The notes under the pieces are model-generated. The model worked only from the letters and a program-made list of their open reading frames with translations. It searched no databases and was not told where the DNA came from. 64,000 bases of DNA, from NCBI RefSeq assembly GCF_009931435.1, contig NZ_CP043414.1, one strand, 5' to 3'. The stretch comes from Escherichia coli. Its GTDB lineage: Bacteria > Pseudomonadota > Gammaproteobacteria > Enterobacterales > Enterobacteriaceae. Of the stretch, positions 12,396 to 26,621 are shown piece by piece (the first letter of the stretch is position 1; each line of letters begins with the position of its first letter). A program made the translations under genes and the position numbers.

Positions 12396-15152
12396 TTACC
12401 CAAGAATTTTGCTGGCTTCGCGCGCCACATTATCCATCTCGTCCAGCAGTTCCAGAAGCTCTGGCTCCAAATCTTCTTCTTTAGTACCGCTGCGTAGCTG
12501 TTGTTCGATCAGTTGGCAGAGATTCTTCATACGCGGCACACCGCTATAGCCGCAACTGCCATGCAGTTTATGAATCAAATCAACCAGGCCTTCCGGGTTT
12601 TCTCCAACCAGCTGTTCCTCAACTTTGTTGCGAACTTCAGGCAGGAAATCGAGTAACATTTGCAGCATATCGCGCGCTAAATCGGTTTTTCCTGCTGCCT
12701 GGCGTAGTGCCAGTTGCCAGTCGAGGGTCGCATTCGGGTTCACCACAATTTCATTGAATTCGGGGGTCACGACGCGAGAGGAAATACCGCTGCCAGGCTT
12801 GTAGCGCAACAGCAAATTATGCAATCGTTCTTCTTCAATCGGTTTCGCCAGATAATCGCTCATCCCTGCGCCAAGCAGCTTCTCTTTTTGCCCGGCCATT
12901 GCATGCGCCGTTACCGCGATAACCGGCGTTTGTTGCTGATGGGGGAGCTGGTGGATGAGTTCGCAGGCCCGAATACCGTCCATGTCCGGCATTTGAATAT
13001 CCATTAAGATCAAATCGAACGGCATCTGTTTCGCCCGTTCAACCGCCTGATGCCCGCTATCGCAAAGTTCCACATGTTGCACCATATCTTCCAGCAATGC
13101 GCCGATAAGTTTCAGGTTAGCGGGGTTGTCATCAACCGCCATGACTGTCATTGCCAGCTTACTTTCATCGGTTACAGGCAAAAGCGTGTTTTGTTTGTGA
13201 TGACAAAATTCCGTCAGGGCAGGGAACAGGCGCGTAGGTGTTAATGGTTTCAGCAGACACGCGCCGATACCATCTTGCTTAAGTTTTTCAGCATTGACTT
13301 GTGCATGGCAAGGAAGTGCCAGCATCAGAAAATCGGTCATCGATACCGCTTTCGCTAATCGCTCATGTTGCATTGTTAGCGGCTCGCGGAAGGTCACCGC
13401 AATGCCTAATAACATCATGTCGTAATGCGCGGGAGGCAGCGCGGAGAACGTTGGGCTATAAACCACTTCCAGCGGCGTTTCACTTAAAATATCCAGCGTG
13501 CATTGCGCTGCTGCGGAGTTTGGTTCGACATAGGCCAGGCGCTTGCCGGCGAGGCACTGGGTGGATGGCCCTTCGATAATAATGTTCGGATTCAGATCGA
13601 GATTAATGTGGAACCAGAAAGTTGAACCGCGATTCGGCTGGCTATGGAACGAAATATCGCCGCCCATTTCATTAACCAGTTTCTGTGTGATCACCAGCCC
13701 CAGCCCGGTGCCACCATGACGGCGGGAAATACTGGCATCAGCCTGTCGGAAGGCCTGGAATAAGCGCGATTGATCGCGTTCAGGAATACCAATGCCGGTA
13801 TCCCGAATCTGCACTTCAATCTGCACTTTGGTATTACTCAGCGCACGTTTTTCTACCAGAATATCAATGTTGCCATTCTCGGTGAATTTAATTGCATTCC
13901 CTACCAGGTTAGTGATGATTTGCTGTAATCGCAGTGGGTCGCCAATTACGTTATCGGGCACGTCGCTCTTAATATTGAGCGTCAGTTCCAGCCCTTTATC
14001 GTGAGAAGAATGTGCCAGCAGGGTAACGACTTCATCCAGCGTGCTGCGTAGTGGGAATGGAATACTTTCCAGAATCAGCTTACCTGCTTCCAGTTTCGAG
14101 AAGTCGAGAACATCATTAATAATTGCCAGCAAATTATTTGCCGAACGTTCAATCGTATTCAGGTGATCGCGCTGCGTTGGTGTTAATTCTGTTTTCAGCG
14201 TCAGGCGGGTAAAGCCAATAACACCATTCAGTGGTGTACGCAGCTCGTGTGACATATTTGCCAGAAACTCGGATTTAATACGCGCCGCTTCCTGGGCGCG
14301 CTTTTTCGCCAGATCCAACTCAACGTTCTGAATTTCCATCTGCTCCAGCGTTTCACGCAGATCGGACGTCGCCTGGTCGATATTGTGCTGCATCTCTTCG
14401 TGATAAGCTGCCAGCGACATTGCCATCGAGTTGATGCCATTTTTCAGCATATCCAGCTCGCCGAGCATAAATCCTTCCACTCGGCTGTCGAGTTGTCCGC
14501 GACGGATACGGTCGACGGTATTCACCATGTTGCGAATTGGACCGGTTACATCACGCATGAGTCGCCAGCCAAAAATAAGCGCAATACCGATACAAAACAG
14601 CATCATCACGCTGGAAATAAAGATCTCTTTATATTGCTGCAAGCGAACCGATTTAAGATCCAGCTCAAGCGCAATATATCCCAACATATTTTGACTATTT
14701 TTGGCATCGCTACTGGGCGATTCGTCGGGGGAGTAACTCTCAGAAATAATCGGCGTGCGGAGGATCATAATATCGCCGTCACGAGTGACAGTGAGCTGGC
14801 GAGGAAACGGCACGTTGCTGCCGAGCTGCATTGATGAGGGATCAAGATGAAAATTGGAGGTGACAAAGAGTCGGTTATTTTCATCATAAACCGAAATCGC
14901 GCGAACAATATCGGAATGGCGACGATGCAGTACGCTTATTAACTGACCGATAGATTCGCGATTTTGCAGGCTCATGCCATATTCAGTAGAAACTGCAAGC
15001 GGCTCAATAATGCTGGCTCCGGCATCTTCCAGTTGACGCTGCAAGTCGTTATAGCGATGCACGACGAAAAAGATACTCAGCAATAAACCAATAAGGACGG
15101 TCGGTGCCAGGATCAGAATCATCATGCGTGCGCGCAGGCTGTAGTTGGTCAT
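12396..15152 (-). CDS. barA: hybrid sensor histidine kinase BarA (BarA/UvrY two-component system)
   Basis: 918-aa [27 protein letters not shown]... with HAMP, HisKA (SHELRTPLN), ATPase, receiver ([14 protein letters not shown]) and HPt domains. Confidence 0.95.
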   Translation of the reverse strand: MTNYSLRARMMILILAPTVLIGLLLSIFFVVHRYNDLQRQLEDAGASIIEPLAVSTEYGMSLQNRESIGQLISVLHRRHSDIVRAISVYDENNRLFVTSNFHLDPSSMQLGSNVPFPRQLTVTRDGDIMILRTPIISESYSPDESPSSDAKNSQNMLGYIALELDLKSVRLQQYKEIFISSVMMLFCIGIALIFGWRLMRDVTGPIRNMVNTVDRIRRGQLDSRVEGFMLGELDMLKNGINSMAMSLAAYHEEMQHNIDQATSDLRETLEQMEIQNVELDLAKKRAQEAARIKSEFLANMSHELRTPLNGVIGFTRLTLKTELTPTQRDHLNTIERSANNLLAIINDVLDFSKLEAGKLILESIPFPLRSTLDEVVTLLAHSSHDKGLELTLNIKSDVPDNVIGDPLRLQQIITNLVGNAIKFTENGNIDILVEKRALSNTKVQIEVQIRDTGIGIPERDQSRLFQAFRQADASISRRHGGTGLGLVITQKLVNEMGGDISFHSQPNRGSTFWFHINLDLNPNIIIEGPSTQCLAGKRLAYVEPNSAAAQCTLDILSETPLEVVYSPTFSALPPAHYDMMLLGIAVTFREPLTMQHERLAKAVSMTDFLMLALPCHAQVNAEKLKQDGIGACLLKPLTPTRLFPALTEFCHHKQNTLLPVTDESKLAMTVMAVDDNPANLKLIGALLEDMVQHVELCDSGHQAVERAKQMPFDLILMDIQMPDMDGIRACELIHQLPHQQQTPVIAVTAHAMAGQKEKLLGAGMSDYLAKPIEEERLHNLLLRYKPGSGISSRVVTPEFNEIVVNPNATLDWQLALRQAAGKTDLARDMLQMLLDFLPEVRNKVEEQLVGENPEGLVDLIHKLHGSCGYSGVPRMKNLCQLIEQQLRSGTKEEDLEPELLELLDEMDNVAREASKILG

Positions 15153-15208
15153 GGAGTTCCGTTATGGGACAATTAAGGTCACACTGTTAAATTGAGAAAG
15201 TCTCGCCA

Positions 15209-16510
15209 ATGGCGCAATTCTACTCTGCAAAACGACGCACGACGACGCGTCAGATCATAACTGTTTCAGTCAACGACCTCGACTCTTTTGGTCAGGGCGT
15301 GGCACGACATAACGGCAAAGCGTTATTTATTCCTGGATTATTGCCACAGGAAAACGCGGAAGTTACTGTTACTGAAGATAAAAAACAGTACGCCCGCGCT
15401 AAAGTCGTGCGCCGGTTAAGCGATAGCCCGGAACGCGAAACGCCACGCTGCCCTCATTTTGGCGTATGCGGTGGCTGTCAGCAACAACACGCCAGCGAGG
15501 ATTTACAGCAGCGAAGCAAAAGTGCGGCACTCGCCCGATTAATGAAACACGAAGTCTCTGAAGTGATCGCCGATGTTCCCTGGGGCTATCGCCGTCGCGC
15601 GCGTTTAAGTCTGAACTACTTACCGAAAACACAGCAACTTCAGATGGGGTTTCGCAAAGCGGGCTCCAGTGACATTGTCGACGTTAAACAATGCCCCATT
15701 TTAGTGCCCCAACTTGAAGCATTGCTGCCCAAAGTCAGGGCATGCCTGGGCAGCTTACAAGCTATGCGCCATCTTGGTCATGTTGAACTGGTACAGGCAA
15801 CCAGCGGCACGCTGATGATTTTGCGCCATACCGCACCGCTAAGTTCGGCAGATCGCGAAAAACTGGAACGCTTTTCGCATTCTGAAGGCCTGGATCTGTA
15901 TCTCGCCCCCGATAGTGAGATACTCGAAACCGTCTCTGGTGAGATGCCCTGGTATGACTCAAACGGGTTGCGCTTAACTTTTAGCCCGCGCGATTTTATT
16001 CAGGTCAATGCGGGTGTGAACCAAAAAATGGTAGCGCGTGCGTTGGAATGGCTGGATGTACAACCTGAAGATCGCGTACTGGATCTGTTCTGCGGTATGG
16101 GCAACTTTACACTGCCATTGGCGACACAAGCTGCCAGTGTGGTGGGTGTAGAAGGCGTTCCGGCGCTGGTTGAAAAAGGCCAGCAGAATGCGCGTCTTAA
16201 TGGCTTACACAATGTGACGTTTTATCACGAAAATCTTGAAGAAGATGTCACAAAGCAGCCGTGGGCGAAAAACGGCTTCGATAAAGTGTTGCTGGACCCG
16301 GCGCGAGCAGGTGCCGCAGGTGTTATGCAGCAAATTATAAAACTGGAACCTATTCGTATAGTTTATGTATCCTGTAATCCTGCAACGCTGGCTCGGGATA
16401 GCGAAGCGTTATTAAAAGCAGGATATACCATTGCGCGACTGGCGATGCTGGATATGTTCCCACACACGGGACATCTGGAATCGATGGTACTTTTCTCGCG
16501 CGTTAAATAG
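15209..16510 (+). CDS. rlmD: 23S rRNA (uracil1939-C5)-methyltransferase
   Basis: 433-aa [33 protein letters not shown]... with TRAM domain, Cys cluster ([11 protein letters not shown]) and SAM-MTase motif. Confidence 0.93.
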   Translation: MAQFYSAKRRTTTRQIITVSVNDLDSFGQGVARHNGKALFIPGLLPQENAEVTVTEDKKQYARAKVVRRLSDSPERETPRCPHFGVCGGCQQQHASEDLQQRSKSAALARLMKHEVSEVIADVPWGYRRRARLSLNYLPKTQQLQMGFRKAGSSDIVDVKQCPILVPQLEALLPKVRACLGSLQAMRHLGHVELVQATSGTLMILRHTAPLSSADREKLERFSHSEGLDLYLAPDSEILETVSGEMPWYDSNGLRLTFSPRDFIQVNAGVNQKMVARALEWLDVQPEDRVLDLFCGMGNFTLPLATQAASVVGVEGVPALVEKGQQNARLNGLHNVTFYHENLEEDVTKQPWAKNGFDKVLLDPARAGAAGVMQQIIKLEPIRIVYVSCNPATLARDSEALLKAGYTIARLAMLDMFPHTGHLESMVLFSRVK

Positions 16511-16557
16511 TTACGATTTGTCGATTTCGGCAGGTCTGGTCCCTAAAGGAGAGGACG

Positions 16558-18792
16558 ATGGTTGCGGTAAGAAGTGCACATATCAATAAGGCTGGTGAAT
16601 TTGATCCGGAAAAATGGATCGCAAGTCTGGGTATTACCAGCCAGAAGTCGTGTGAGTGCTTAGCCGAAACCTGGGCGTATTGTCTGCAACAGACGCAGGG
16701 GCATCCGGATGCCAGTCTGTTATTGTGGCGTGGTGTTGAGATGGTGGAGATCCTCTCGACATTAAGTATGGACATTGACACGCTGCGGGCGGCGCTGCTG
16801 TTCCCTCTGGCGGATGCCAACGTAGTTAGCGAAGATGTGCTGCGTGAGAGCGTCGGTAAGTCGGTCGTTAACCTTATTCACGGCGTGCGTGATATGGCGG
16901 CGATCCGCCAGCTGAAAGCGACGCATACTGATTCTGTTTCCTCCGAACAGGTCGATAACGTTCGCCGGATGTTATTGGCGATGGTCGATGATTTCCGCTG
17001 CGTGGTCATCAAACTGGCAGAGCGTATTGCTCATCTGCGCGAAGTAAAAGACGCGCCGGAAGATGAGCGCGTACTGGCGGCAAAAGAGTGCACCAATATC
17101 TACGCGCCGTTGGCGAACCGTCTTGGGATTGGACAACTGAAATGGGAGCTGGAAGATTACTGCTTCCGTTATCTCCACCCGACCGAATACAAACGCATCG
17201 CAAAACTGCTGCATGAACGCCGTCTCGACCGCGAACACTATATCGAAGAGTTTGTCGGTCATCTGCGCGCTGAGATGAAAGCTGAAGGCGTTAAAGCTGA
17301 AGTGTATGGTCGTCCGAAACACATCTACAGTATCTGGCGCAAAATGCAGAAAAAGAACCTCGCCTTCGATGAGCTGTTTGATGTGCGTGCGGTACGTATT
17401 GTCGCCGAGCGTTTACAGGATTGTTATGCCGCACTGGGGATAGTGCACACTCACTATCGCCACCTGCCGGATGAGTTTGACGATTACGTTGCTAACCCGA
17501 AACCAAACGGTTATCAGTCTATTCATACCGTGGTTCTGGGGCCGGGTGGCAAAACCGTTGAGATCCAAATCCGCACCAAACAGATGCATGAAGATGCAGA
17601 GTTGGGTGTTGCTGCGCACTGGAAATATAAAGAAGGCGCGGCAGCTGGCGGCGCACGTTCGGGACATGAAGACCGAATTGCCTGGCTGCGTAAACTGATT
17701 GCGTGGCAGGAAGAGATGGCTGATTCCGGCGAAATGCTCGACGAAGTACGCAGCCAGGTCTTTGACGACCGGGTGTATGTCTTTACGCCGAAAGGTGATG
17801 TCGTTGATTTGCCTGCGGGATCAACGCCGCTGGACTTCGCTTACCACATCCACAGTGATGTCGGACACCGCTGCATCGGGGCAAAAATAGGCGGGCGCAT
17901 TGTGCCGTTCACCTACCAGTTGCAGATGGGCGACCAGATTGAAATTATCACCCAGAAACAGCCGAACCCCAGCCGTGACTGGTTAAACCCAAACCTCGGT
18001 TACGTCACAACCAGCCGTGGGCGTTCGAAAATTCACGCCTGGTTCCGTAAACAGGACCGTGACAAAAACATTCTGGCAGGGCGGCAAATCCTTGACGACG
18101 AGCTGGAACATCTGGGGATCAGCCTGAAAGAAGCAGAAAAACATCTGCTGCCGCGTTACAACTTCAATGATGTCGACGAGTTGTTAGCAGCGATTGGTGG
18201 CGGGGATATCCGTCTCAATCAGATGGTGAACTTCCTGCAATCGCAATTTAATAAGCCGAGTGCCGAAGAGCAGGATGCCGCCGCGCTGAAGCAACTTCAG
18301 CAAAAAAGCTATACGCCGCAAAACCGCAGTAAAGATAACGGTCGTGTGGTGGTAGAAGGTGTCGGCAACCTGATGCACCACATCGCGCGTTGCTGCCAGC
18401 CGATTCCTGGAGATGAGATTGTCGGCTTCATTACCCAGGGGCGCGGTATTTCAGTACACCGCGCCGATTGCGAACAACTGGCGGAACTGCGCTCCCATGC
18501 GCCAGAACGCATTGTTGACGCGGTATGGGGTGAGAGCTACTCCGCCGGATATTCGCTGGTGGTCCGCGTGGTGGCTAATGATCGTAGTGGGTTGTTACGT
18601 GATATCACGACCATTCTCGCCAACGAGAAAGTGAACGTGCTTGGCGTTGCCAGCCGTAGCGACACCAAACAGCAACTGGCAACCATCGACATGACTATTG
18701 AGATTTACAACCTGCAAGTGCTGGGCCGCGTGCTGGGTAAACTCAACCAGGTGCCGGATGTTATCGACGCGCGTCGGTTGCACGGGAGTTAG
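16558..18792 (+). CDS. relA: GTP pyrophosphokinase ((p)ppGpp synthetase I)
   Basis: 744-aa ORF MVAVRSAHINKAGEFDPEKWIASLG...; GGAGAGG RBS 9 nt upstream. Confidence 0.96.
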   Translation: MVAVRSAHINKAGEFDPEKWIASLGITSQKSCECLAETWAYCLQQTQGHPDASLLLWRGVEMVEILSTLSMDIDTLRAALLFPLADANVVSEDVLRESVGKSVVNLIHGVRDMAAIRQLKATHTDSVSSEQVDNVRRMLLAMVDDFRCVVIKLAERIAHLREVKDAPEDERVLAAKECTNIYAPLANRLGIGQLKWELEDYCFRYLHPTEYKRIAKLLHERRLDREHYIEEFVGHLRAEMKAEGVKAEVYGRPKHIYSIWRKMQKKNLAFDELFDVRAVRIVAERLQDCYAALGIVHTHYRHLPDEFDDYVANPKPNGYQSIHTVVLGPGGKTVEIQIRTKQMHEDAELGVAAHWKYKEGAAAGGARSGHEDRIAWLRKLIAWQEEMADSGEMLDEVRSQVFDDRVYVFTPKGDVVDLPAGSTPLDFAYHIHSDVGHRCIGAKIGGRIVPFTYQLQMGDQIEIITQKQPNPSRDWLNPNLGYVTTSRGRSKIHAWFRKQDRDKNILAGRQILDDELEHLGISLKEAEKHLLPRYNFNDVDELLAAIGGGDIRLNQMVNFLQSQFNKPSAEEQDAAALKQLQQKSYTPQNRSKDNGRVVVEGVGNLMHHIARCCQPIPGDEIVGFITQGRGISVHRADCEQLAELRSHAPERIVDAVWGESYSAGYSLVVRVVANDRSGLLRDITTILANEKVNVLGVASRSDTKQQLATIDMTIEIYNLQVLGRVLGKLNQVPDVIDARRLHGS

Positions 18793-18804
18793 GCCGAAAT
18801 TAGC

Positions 18805-18860
18805 TCGTATCTACAATGTAGATTGATATATACTGTATCTACATATGATAGCGGTTTGAG
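18805..18860 (+). promoter_or_regulatory. mazEF promoter/operator region with alternating palindrome
   Basis: ATCTACAATGTAGAT perfect palindrome (18809-18823) and the related TATCTACATATGATAG immediately upstream of the mazE RBS. Confidence 0.6.
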
Positions 18861-18869
18861 GAAAGGGTT

Positions 18870-19118
18870 ATGATCCACAGTAGCGTAAAGCGTTGGGGAA
18901 ATTCACCGGCGGTGCGGATCCCGGCTACGTTAATGCAGGCGCTCAATCTGAATATTGATGATGAAGTGAAGATTGACCTGGTGGATGGCAAATTAATTAT
19001 TGAGCCAGTGCGTAAAGAGCCCGTATTTACGCTTGCTGAACTGGTCAACGACATCACGCCGGAAAACCTCCACGAGAATATCGACTGGGGGGAGCCGAAA
19101 GATAAGGAAGTCTGGTAA
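18870..19118 (+). CDS. mazE: antitoxin MazE
   Basis: 82-aa [50 protein letters not shown]... Confidence 0.95.
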
Positions 19119-19453
19119 TGGTAAGCCGATACGTACCCGATACGGGCGATCTGATTTGGGTTGATTTTGACCCGACAAAAGGTAGCGAGCAAGCCGGACA
19201 TCGTCCGGCTGTTGTCCTGAGTCCGTTCATGTACAACAACAAAACAGGTATGTGTCTGTGTGTTCCTTGTACAACGCAATCAAAAGGATATCCGTTCGAA
19301 GTTGTTTTATCCGGTCAGGAACGTGATGGTGTAGCGTTAGCTGATCAGGTAAAAAGTATCGCCTGGCGGGCAAGAGGAGCAACGAAGAAAGGAACGGTTG
19401 CCCCAGAGGAATTACAACTCATTAAAGCCAAAATTAACGTGCTGATTGGCTAG
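19118..19453 (+). CDS. mazF: mRNA interferase toxin MazF
   Basis: 111-aa [60 protein letters not shown]...; start overlaps mazE stop. Confidence 0.95.
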   Translation: MVSRYVPDTGDLIWVDFDPTKGSEQAGHRPAVVLSPFMYNNKTGMCLCVPCTTQSKGYPFEVVLSGQERDGVALADQVKSIAWRARGATKKGTVAPEELQLIKAKINVLIG

Positions 19454-19524
19454 GTGTTACTAACTCACTTCTATTCTGGTCACAGGTTTCCACCTGACAG
19501 ACCCGCAATTTTCAGGACATTCTA

Positions 19525-20316
19525 ATGAATCAAATCGACCGTTTGCTCACTATTATGCAGCGTCTTCGCGACCCGGAAAACGGCTGCCCGTGGGATAAAG
19601 AGCAGACATTTGCCACCATTGCACCTTACACCCTTGAAGAAACCTACGAAGTGCTGGACGCCATCGCCCGCGAAGACTTTGACGATCTGCGCGGTGAACT
19701 CGGCGATCTGTTGTTCCAGGTGGTGTTTTACGCGCAAATGGCTCAGGAAGAAGGGCGCTTTGACTTTAATGATATTTGCGCTGCGATTAGCGATAAATTA
19801 GAGCGTCGCCATCCGCATGTTTTTGCTGACAGTTCTGCCGAAAACAGTAATGAAGTGCTCGCCCGTTGGGAGCAAATCAAAACCGAAGAGCGCGCGCAGA
19901 AAGCGCAGCATTCGGCGCTGGACGATATTCCTCGTAGTTTGCCGGCTTTAATGCGTGCGCAAAAAATCCAGAAACGTTGCGCCAACGTTGGCTTTGACTG
20001 GACGACGCTCGGCCCGGTAGTCGATAAGGTCTACGAAGAGATCGACGAGGTGATGTACGAGGCGCGGCAGGCTGTTGTCGACCAGGCTAAACTGGAGGAG
20101 GAAATGGGTGACCTGCTGTTTGCCACGGTCAATCTGGCTCGTCATTTAGGGACAAAAGCGGAAATCGCATTGCAAAAAGCCAATGAAAAATTCGAGCGCC
20201 GTTTTCGCGAAGTGGAGCGTATTGTTGCCGCGCGTGGACTGGAAATGACAGGTGTTGACCTCGAAACAATGGAAGAAGTCTGGCAACAGGTAAAACGGCA
20301 GGAAATTGATCTCTAA
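19525..20316 (+). CDS. mazG: nucleoside triphosphate pyrophosphohydrolase MazG
   Basis: 263-aa ORF MNQIDRLLTIMQRLRDPENGCPWDKEQTF... Confidence 0.93.
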   Translation: MNQIDRLLTIMQRLRDPENGCPWDKEQTFATIAPYTLEETYEVLDAIAREDFDDLRGELGDLLFQVVFYAQMAQEEGRFDFNDICAAISDKLERRHPHVFADSSAENSNEVLARWEQIKTEERAQKAQHSALDDIPRSLPALMRAQKIQKRCANVGFDWTTLGPVVDKVYEEIDEVMYEARQAVVDQAKLEEEMGDLLFATVNLARHLGTKAEIALQKANEKFERRFREVERIVAARGLEMTGVDLETMEEVWQQVKRQEIDL

Positions 20317-20528
20317 GGGAATTACGCGGTCAAGCGCGATTTGTGTCATTTTTTAAATGACAAGCGCTTGATTTGCGTCAAAAACATTTACCCCAAAGGG
20401 GCTATTTTCTCACTCCTGATTTCAATAGTGCGCTGGCGAAGAGGAGGGATAATGAAAGTTTGTGGCACAGGTCATGTTCGGGTATACTGCTTTCCCGTCC
20501 TGGTTATTCCATCGTCTTTTCAACCTAA

Positions 20529-22181
<1,653 letters not shown>

Positions 22182-22198
22182 GTAAAAAAGTTAGAACG

Positions 22199-22232
22199 GC
22201 AACGCGTACCCAGGGTACGCGTTGTTTGTCTG
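22199..22232 (+). terminator. hairpin plus T-rich tract between pyrG and eno
   Basis: CAACGCGTACCCAGGGTACGCGTTG (11-bp stem) followed by TTTGTCT. Confidence 0.5.
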
Positions 22233-22253
22233 GAGTTTCAGTTTAACTAGTGA

Positions 22254-23567
<1,314 letters not shown>

Positions 23568-23589
23568 GCCTGACTTTATCTGATTTAAA

Positions 23590-23619
23590 AATGCCAGCCT
23601 TCGGGCTGGCATTTTTTAT
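23590..23619. terminator. bidirectional intrinsic terminator between convergent eno and the TPM gene
   Basis: AAAAATGCCAGCCTTCGGGCTGGCATTTTTTAT: GC-rich stem with a U-run on the plus strand and an A-run giving a U-run on the minus strand. Confidence 0.8.
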
Positions 23620-23626
23620 GGTTGAG

Positions 23627-24520
23627 TTACCAGCGGCCAGACGCGCCGCCACCGCCAGAAGAACCGCCACCTCCGCTAAATCCGCCGCCACTTGAGCCGC
23701 CACCGGAAGAGGATGAAGAAGAACCTTTTCTTGAAGCTCTTTCTTTACCGAGCGTCTTGTATTTGGCTCGTAGCTTTTTATTAACGATAAGCCAAAAGAT
23801 AAGCAGCGCTACGATCGCAAAAGGCGTTAACATACCGCAGGCAACGATTAAATTCGTCCATGGTCCTGGCTCGGCAACATAGAGGAATACCATCCCGTAA
23901 ATTGCGGCAGTGAGAGTTATCCAGGGTAAATTCGACGGATCGGTAAAAACAATAAAATATGAAAGCACTGCCAGCAATATAATTACAGCAAGCGAAAATG
24001 GGATAGGGGGATTGATACTGTAATAATTCCCCCTGCCTTCCGGTAATTCACCATTCATCAGAAGTGCGCCGATATTTTCGCTTGCCAGTGTTAACCCCCC
24101 CATCAGGTCATCACTTTTGAAAGCAGGGATTAATATATCACGGATAATCTTTGCCGCTTGCAGGTCGGTAACCACCCCTTCCAGCCCATAGCCGACTTCT
24201 ATACGAACAGCATGATCTTCCCAGGCAACCAGAAGTAAAATGCCATCGTTTCGCTGCTTATCTCCCAGTTTCCAGCTATCAAAAACGCGTGTTGCATATT
24301 GTTCAATGGTATCGTCTCCGGTGGATGGCACTATTAATACGGCAACCTGTGCCCGTGTTTTTTGTGTAATATCCTGCAGCTGTTGTGTCAGTGATTGTTG
24401 TTCAGACGTGCTTAAGGTACCAGTAATATCGGTCACCTGTTGGCGCAGCTCCGGCACAGCAATTTGCTGGGCAAGCACAGGAAGGCACCATAAAGTGAGT
24501 AGAAAAAGGATTATACGCAT
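23627..24520 (-). CDS. TPM-domain membrane protein (YgcG-like), paralogue 1
   Basis: ORF 23627..24532 starts with TTG; the ATG at 24520 gives MRIILFLLTLWCLPVLAQQ... (signal peptide), TPM-type N-terminal domain, hydrophobic segments and a C-terminal Gly/Ser tail ending GGGGASGRW. Confidence 0.8.
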   Translation of the reverse strand: MRIILFLLTLWCLPVLAQQIAVPELRQQVTDITGTLSTSEQQSLTQQLQDITQKTRAQVAVLIVPSTGDDTIEQYATRVFDSWKLGDKQRNDGILLLVAWEDHAVRIEVGYGLEGVVTDLQAAKIIRDILIPAFKSDDLMGGLTLASENIGALLMNGELPEGRGNYYSINPPIPFSLAVIILLAVLSYFIVFTDPSNLPWITLTAAIYGMVFLYVAEPGPWTNLIVACGMLTPFAIVALLIFWLIVNKKLRAKYKTLGKERASRKGSSSSSSGGGSSGGGFSGGGGSSGGGGASGRW

Positions 24521-24525
24521 AACGA

Positions 24526-25674
24526 TCACCAACGGTCGGATGAACCGCCACCGCCAGAAGAACCGCCGCCACCGCGGAAAGAGTTTTTCGACGAAGAACG
24601 AGAATGAGCATTACGATTCCCCGTTTTCTTGTTGCTTTTATGCCCTGATCCCAGTTTAAGATTGCCAGTAGATTTGGCCACAATGATCAGCAGAACGATG
24701 CCAGCAATGGTTATTGGGCCGATAAAATGATCAATTAGCCCAATAATTGTTGAGATGAACGCAATATCTTTATTACTGGCAAATACCAGGCACCATCCCA
24801 CAACAATTATCAGCAGCACGACAAACAATGAATTTCGTCCTGATTCACGAACCTGCGGAGCCTTCTTTTGTTTTTTCACTTTAGCGTTTTTATTTTGGGG
24901 GGCCAGCATCATAGGAAATGCGCGGCATATATTAAAAACTACCGCGAGACGCTGCCAGCAGATTGCTGCGAAAAATAAACTAAAACAAACGACCGATATC
25001 CGTCGAATGATGACATCGTTCTGAAAGCAGAAAAACCAGACCATAGGGGTAATCATCGATATCATCCATATGCCAGGCCCTGGATGGGTGGTAAATCGCC
25101 AGAGGACAACGATGGCAACGATCATCAGCAGTGTCCAGGCAAGACATGGCAGAGAGCGTTGCGGATTAGCAAACAGATGATTGGCTAAAGCATCCAAAGG
25201 GCTAAGATTCGCTTTTATATAGGTAAACTGTGCGATGCCTTCAATTCCCTGCGTTAACCCGGAGAAGAGATTATTTTTTTTGAATTCCGGTTGCATATGG
25301 TAATGAACAATTTGCGCAGCTTGTTCCGGTGGCAGCATCTCTTCCAGTCCATGCCCAATCTTCATTGACGCCAGCCCTTCCGGCCAAACGACGAGAATTA
25401 AGATACCTTCGCCGTACCGCTTCTCTCCAACAGGTTTCCAGTGATATAACCCGTAGCTTTGCGAGGCTGCAAGTTTAATGTCTTTACCCCCAGTGGTCGG
25501 CGTTACCAACACGGCCACCTGAAAGTGGTTTTGCTGCTCGAGAGTCTGTAATTGTTGAGTTAAAGCAGTTTGTTCTTCTGTCGTTAATGTCCCGGTTAAG
25601 TCAGTTACTGAAGGCAATTGTTCAGCGAATGCCTGGAAACCACATAGCATCAGAAGTAAGAGAAAAATACGCAT
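24526..25674 (-). CDS. TPM-domain membrane protein, paralogue 2 (longer, polytopic)
   Basis: 382-aa ORF MRIFLLLLMLCGFQAFAEQLPSVTDLTGTLTTEEQ...; ATG at 25674-25672 with AAGGAA RBS; C-terminus GGGGSSGGGGSSDRW. Confidence 0.8.
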   Translation of the reverse strand: MRIFLLLLMLCGFQAFAEQLPSVTDLTGTLTTEEQTALTQQLQTLEQQNHFQVAVLVTPTTGGKDIKLAASQSYGLYHWKPVGEKRYGEGILILVVWPEGLASMKIGHGLEEMLPPEQAAQIVHYHMQPEFKKNNLFSGLTQGIEGIAQFTYIKANLSPLDALANHLFANPQRSLPCLAWTLLMIVAIVVLWRFTTHPGPGIWMISMITPMVWFFCFQNDVIIRRISVVCFSLFFAAICWQRLAVVFNICRAFPMMLAPQNKNAKVKKQKKAPQVRESGRNSLFVVLLIIVVGWCLVFASNKDIAFISTIIGLIDHFIGPITIAGIVLLIIVAKSTGNLKLGSGHKSNKKTGNRNAHSRSSSKNSFRGGGGSSGGGGSSDRW

Positions 25675-25688
25675 TTCAATTCCTTTTG

Positions 25689-26621
25689 TTACCAGCGCCC
25701 GGAGGCGCCACCGCCGCCAGATGAACCGCCGCCGCCGCTGAAATTATCATTGTCAAAAGAGGATGAAGAGGAAGATGACGACGATGATGAAGAACGCCAG
25801 GAGGCCGAGTTACTTCTTTCGTAGCGTGACGGTCGGTTGGCACTGCGCATCGAATCCCGAACCTTTTTGCCGAAGGGGGTAAAAGCGATAGCGACAGCCA
25901 GGAACGGTGTGGCGAAGCAGAGTAATGTTGCGAGTACTCCCCAGCTTCCGCCGAAACCTGCTATAGGTAAAACAAAGGCCAGTACAATAGCTGTGAAGCA
26001 AATTAGTCCCAGCGTTTTGAAATATCCTCTGGCGGAAATAAAGGTCAGTACTATTGCCCAGACTAACAAAGCCCACCAACCGCTAAAGGGCAAAGGGTGA
26101 TCGGTCGGTGTTATCGTTGCTAAATTATTCCCCGTCAGACGATTATCAATATCGCTTATTCCCTTTTGCAAGCCGCCAGCAAGGTCGCCATTTTTAAATG
26201 CCGGAATAATACTGTTGCGAATAATTTTCCCGGACTGCGCATCCGTAATAACGCCTTCCAGTCCGTAACCGATTTCAATACGCACGGTATGATCCTGCCA
26301 GGCGACTAACAGTAGAACGCCATCATCGCGGTCTTTATCACCCGGTTTCCAGCTATCGAATACCCGCGTAGCGTACTGCTCGATGGTTTCATCGCCCGTT
26401 GTTTCAACCACTAACACGACCAGTTGTGCGTGGCTTTTTTGCGTCAGCTCTTTAATCTGATTGGTCAAAGTATTTACTTCATCGTTCGTCAATTTACCGG
26501 TTAAGTCATTCACATACCTGGGTGATTCAGGCACTGGAATTTGTATGGCAAACACAGATGAACAAAAGAAAGCCATAAGGAAGATAAAATTTCGCACAGG
26601 ACTTCCTCGCTTAATGAGCAT
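25689..26621 (-). CDS. TPM-domain membrane protein, paralogue 3
   Basis: 310-aa ORF; shares identical stretches with paralogue 1 (TIEQYATRVFDSWK); C-terminal poly-Ser then GGGGSSGGGGASGRW; start codon uncertain (ATG at 26621 overlaps lemA by 11 nt; an internal Met before the signal peptide is possible). Confidence 0.75.
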   Translation of the reverse strand: MLIKRGSPVRNFIFLMAFFCSSVFAIQIPVPESPRYVNDLTGKLTNDEVNTLTNQIKELTQKSHAQLVVLVVETTGDETIEQYATRVFDSWKPGDKDRDDGVLLLVAWQDHTVRIEIGYGLEGVITDAQSGKIIRNSIIPAFKNGDLAGGLQKGISDIDNRLTGNNLATITPTDHPLPFSGWWALLVWAIVLTFISARGYFKTLGLICFTAIVLAFVLPIAGFGGSWGVLATLLCFATPFLAVAIAFTPFGKKVRDSMRSANRPSRYERSNSASWRSSSSSSSSSSSSFDNDNFSGGGGSSGGGGASGRW

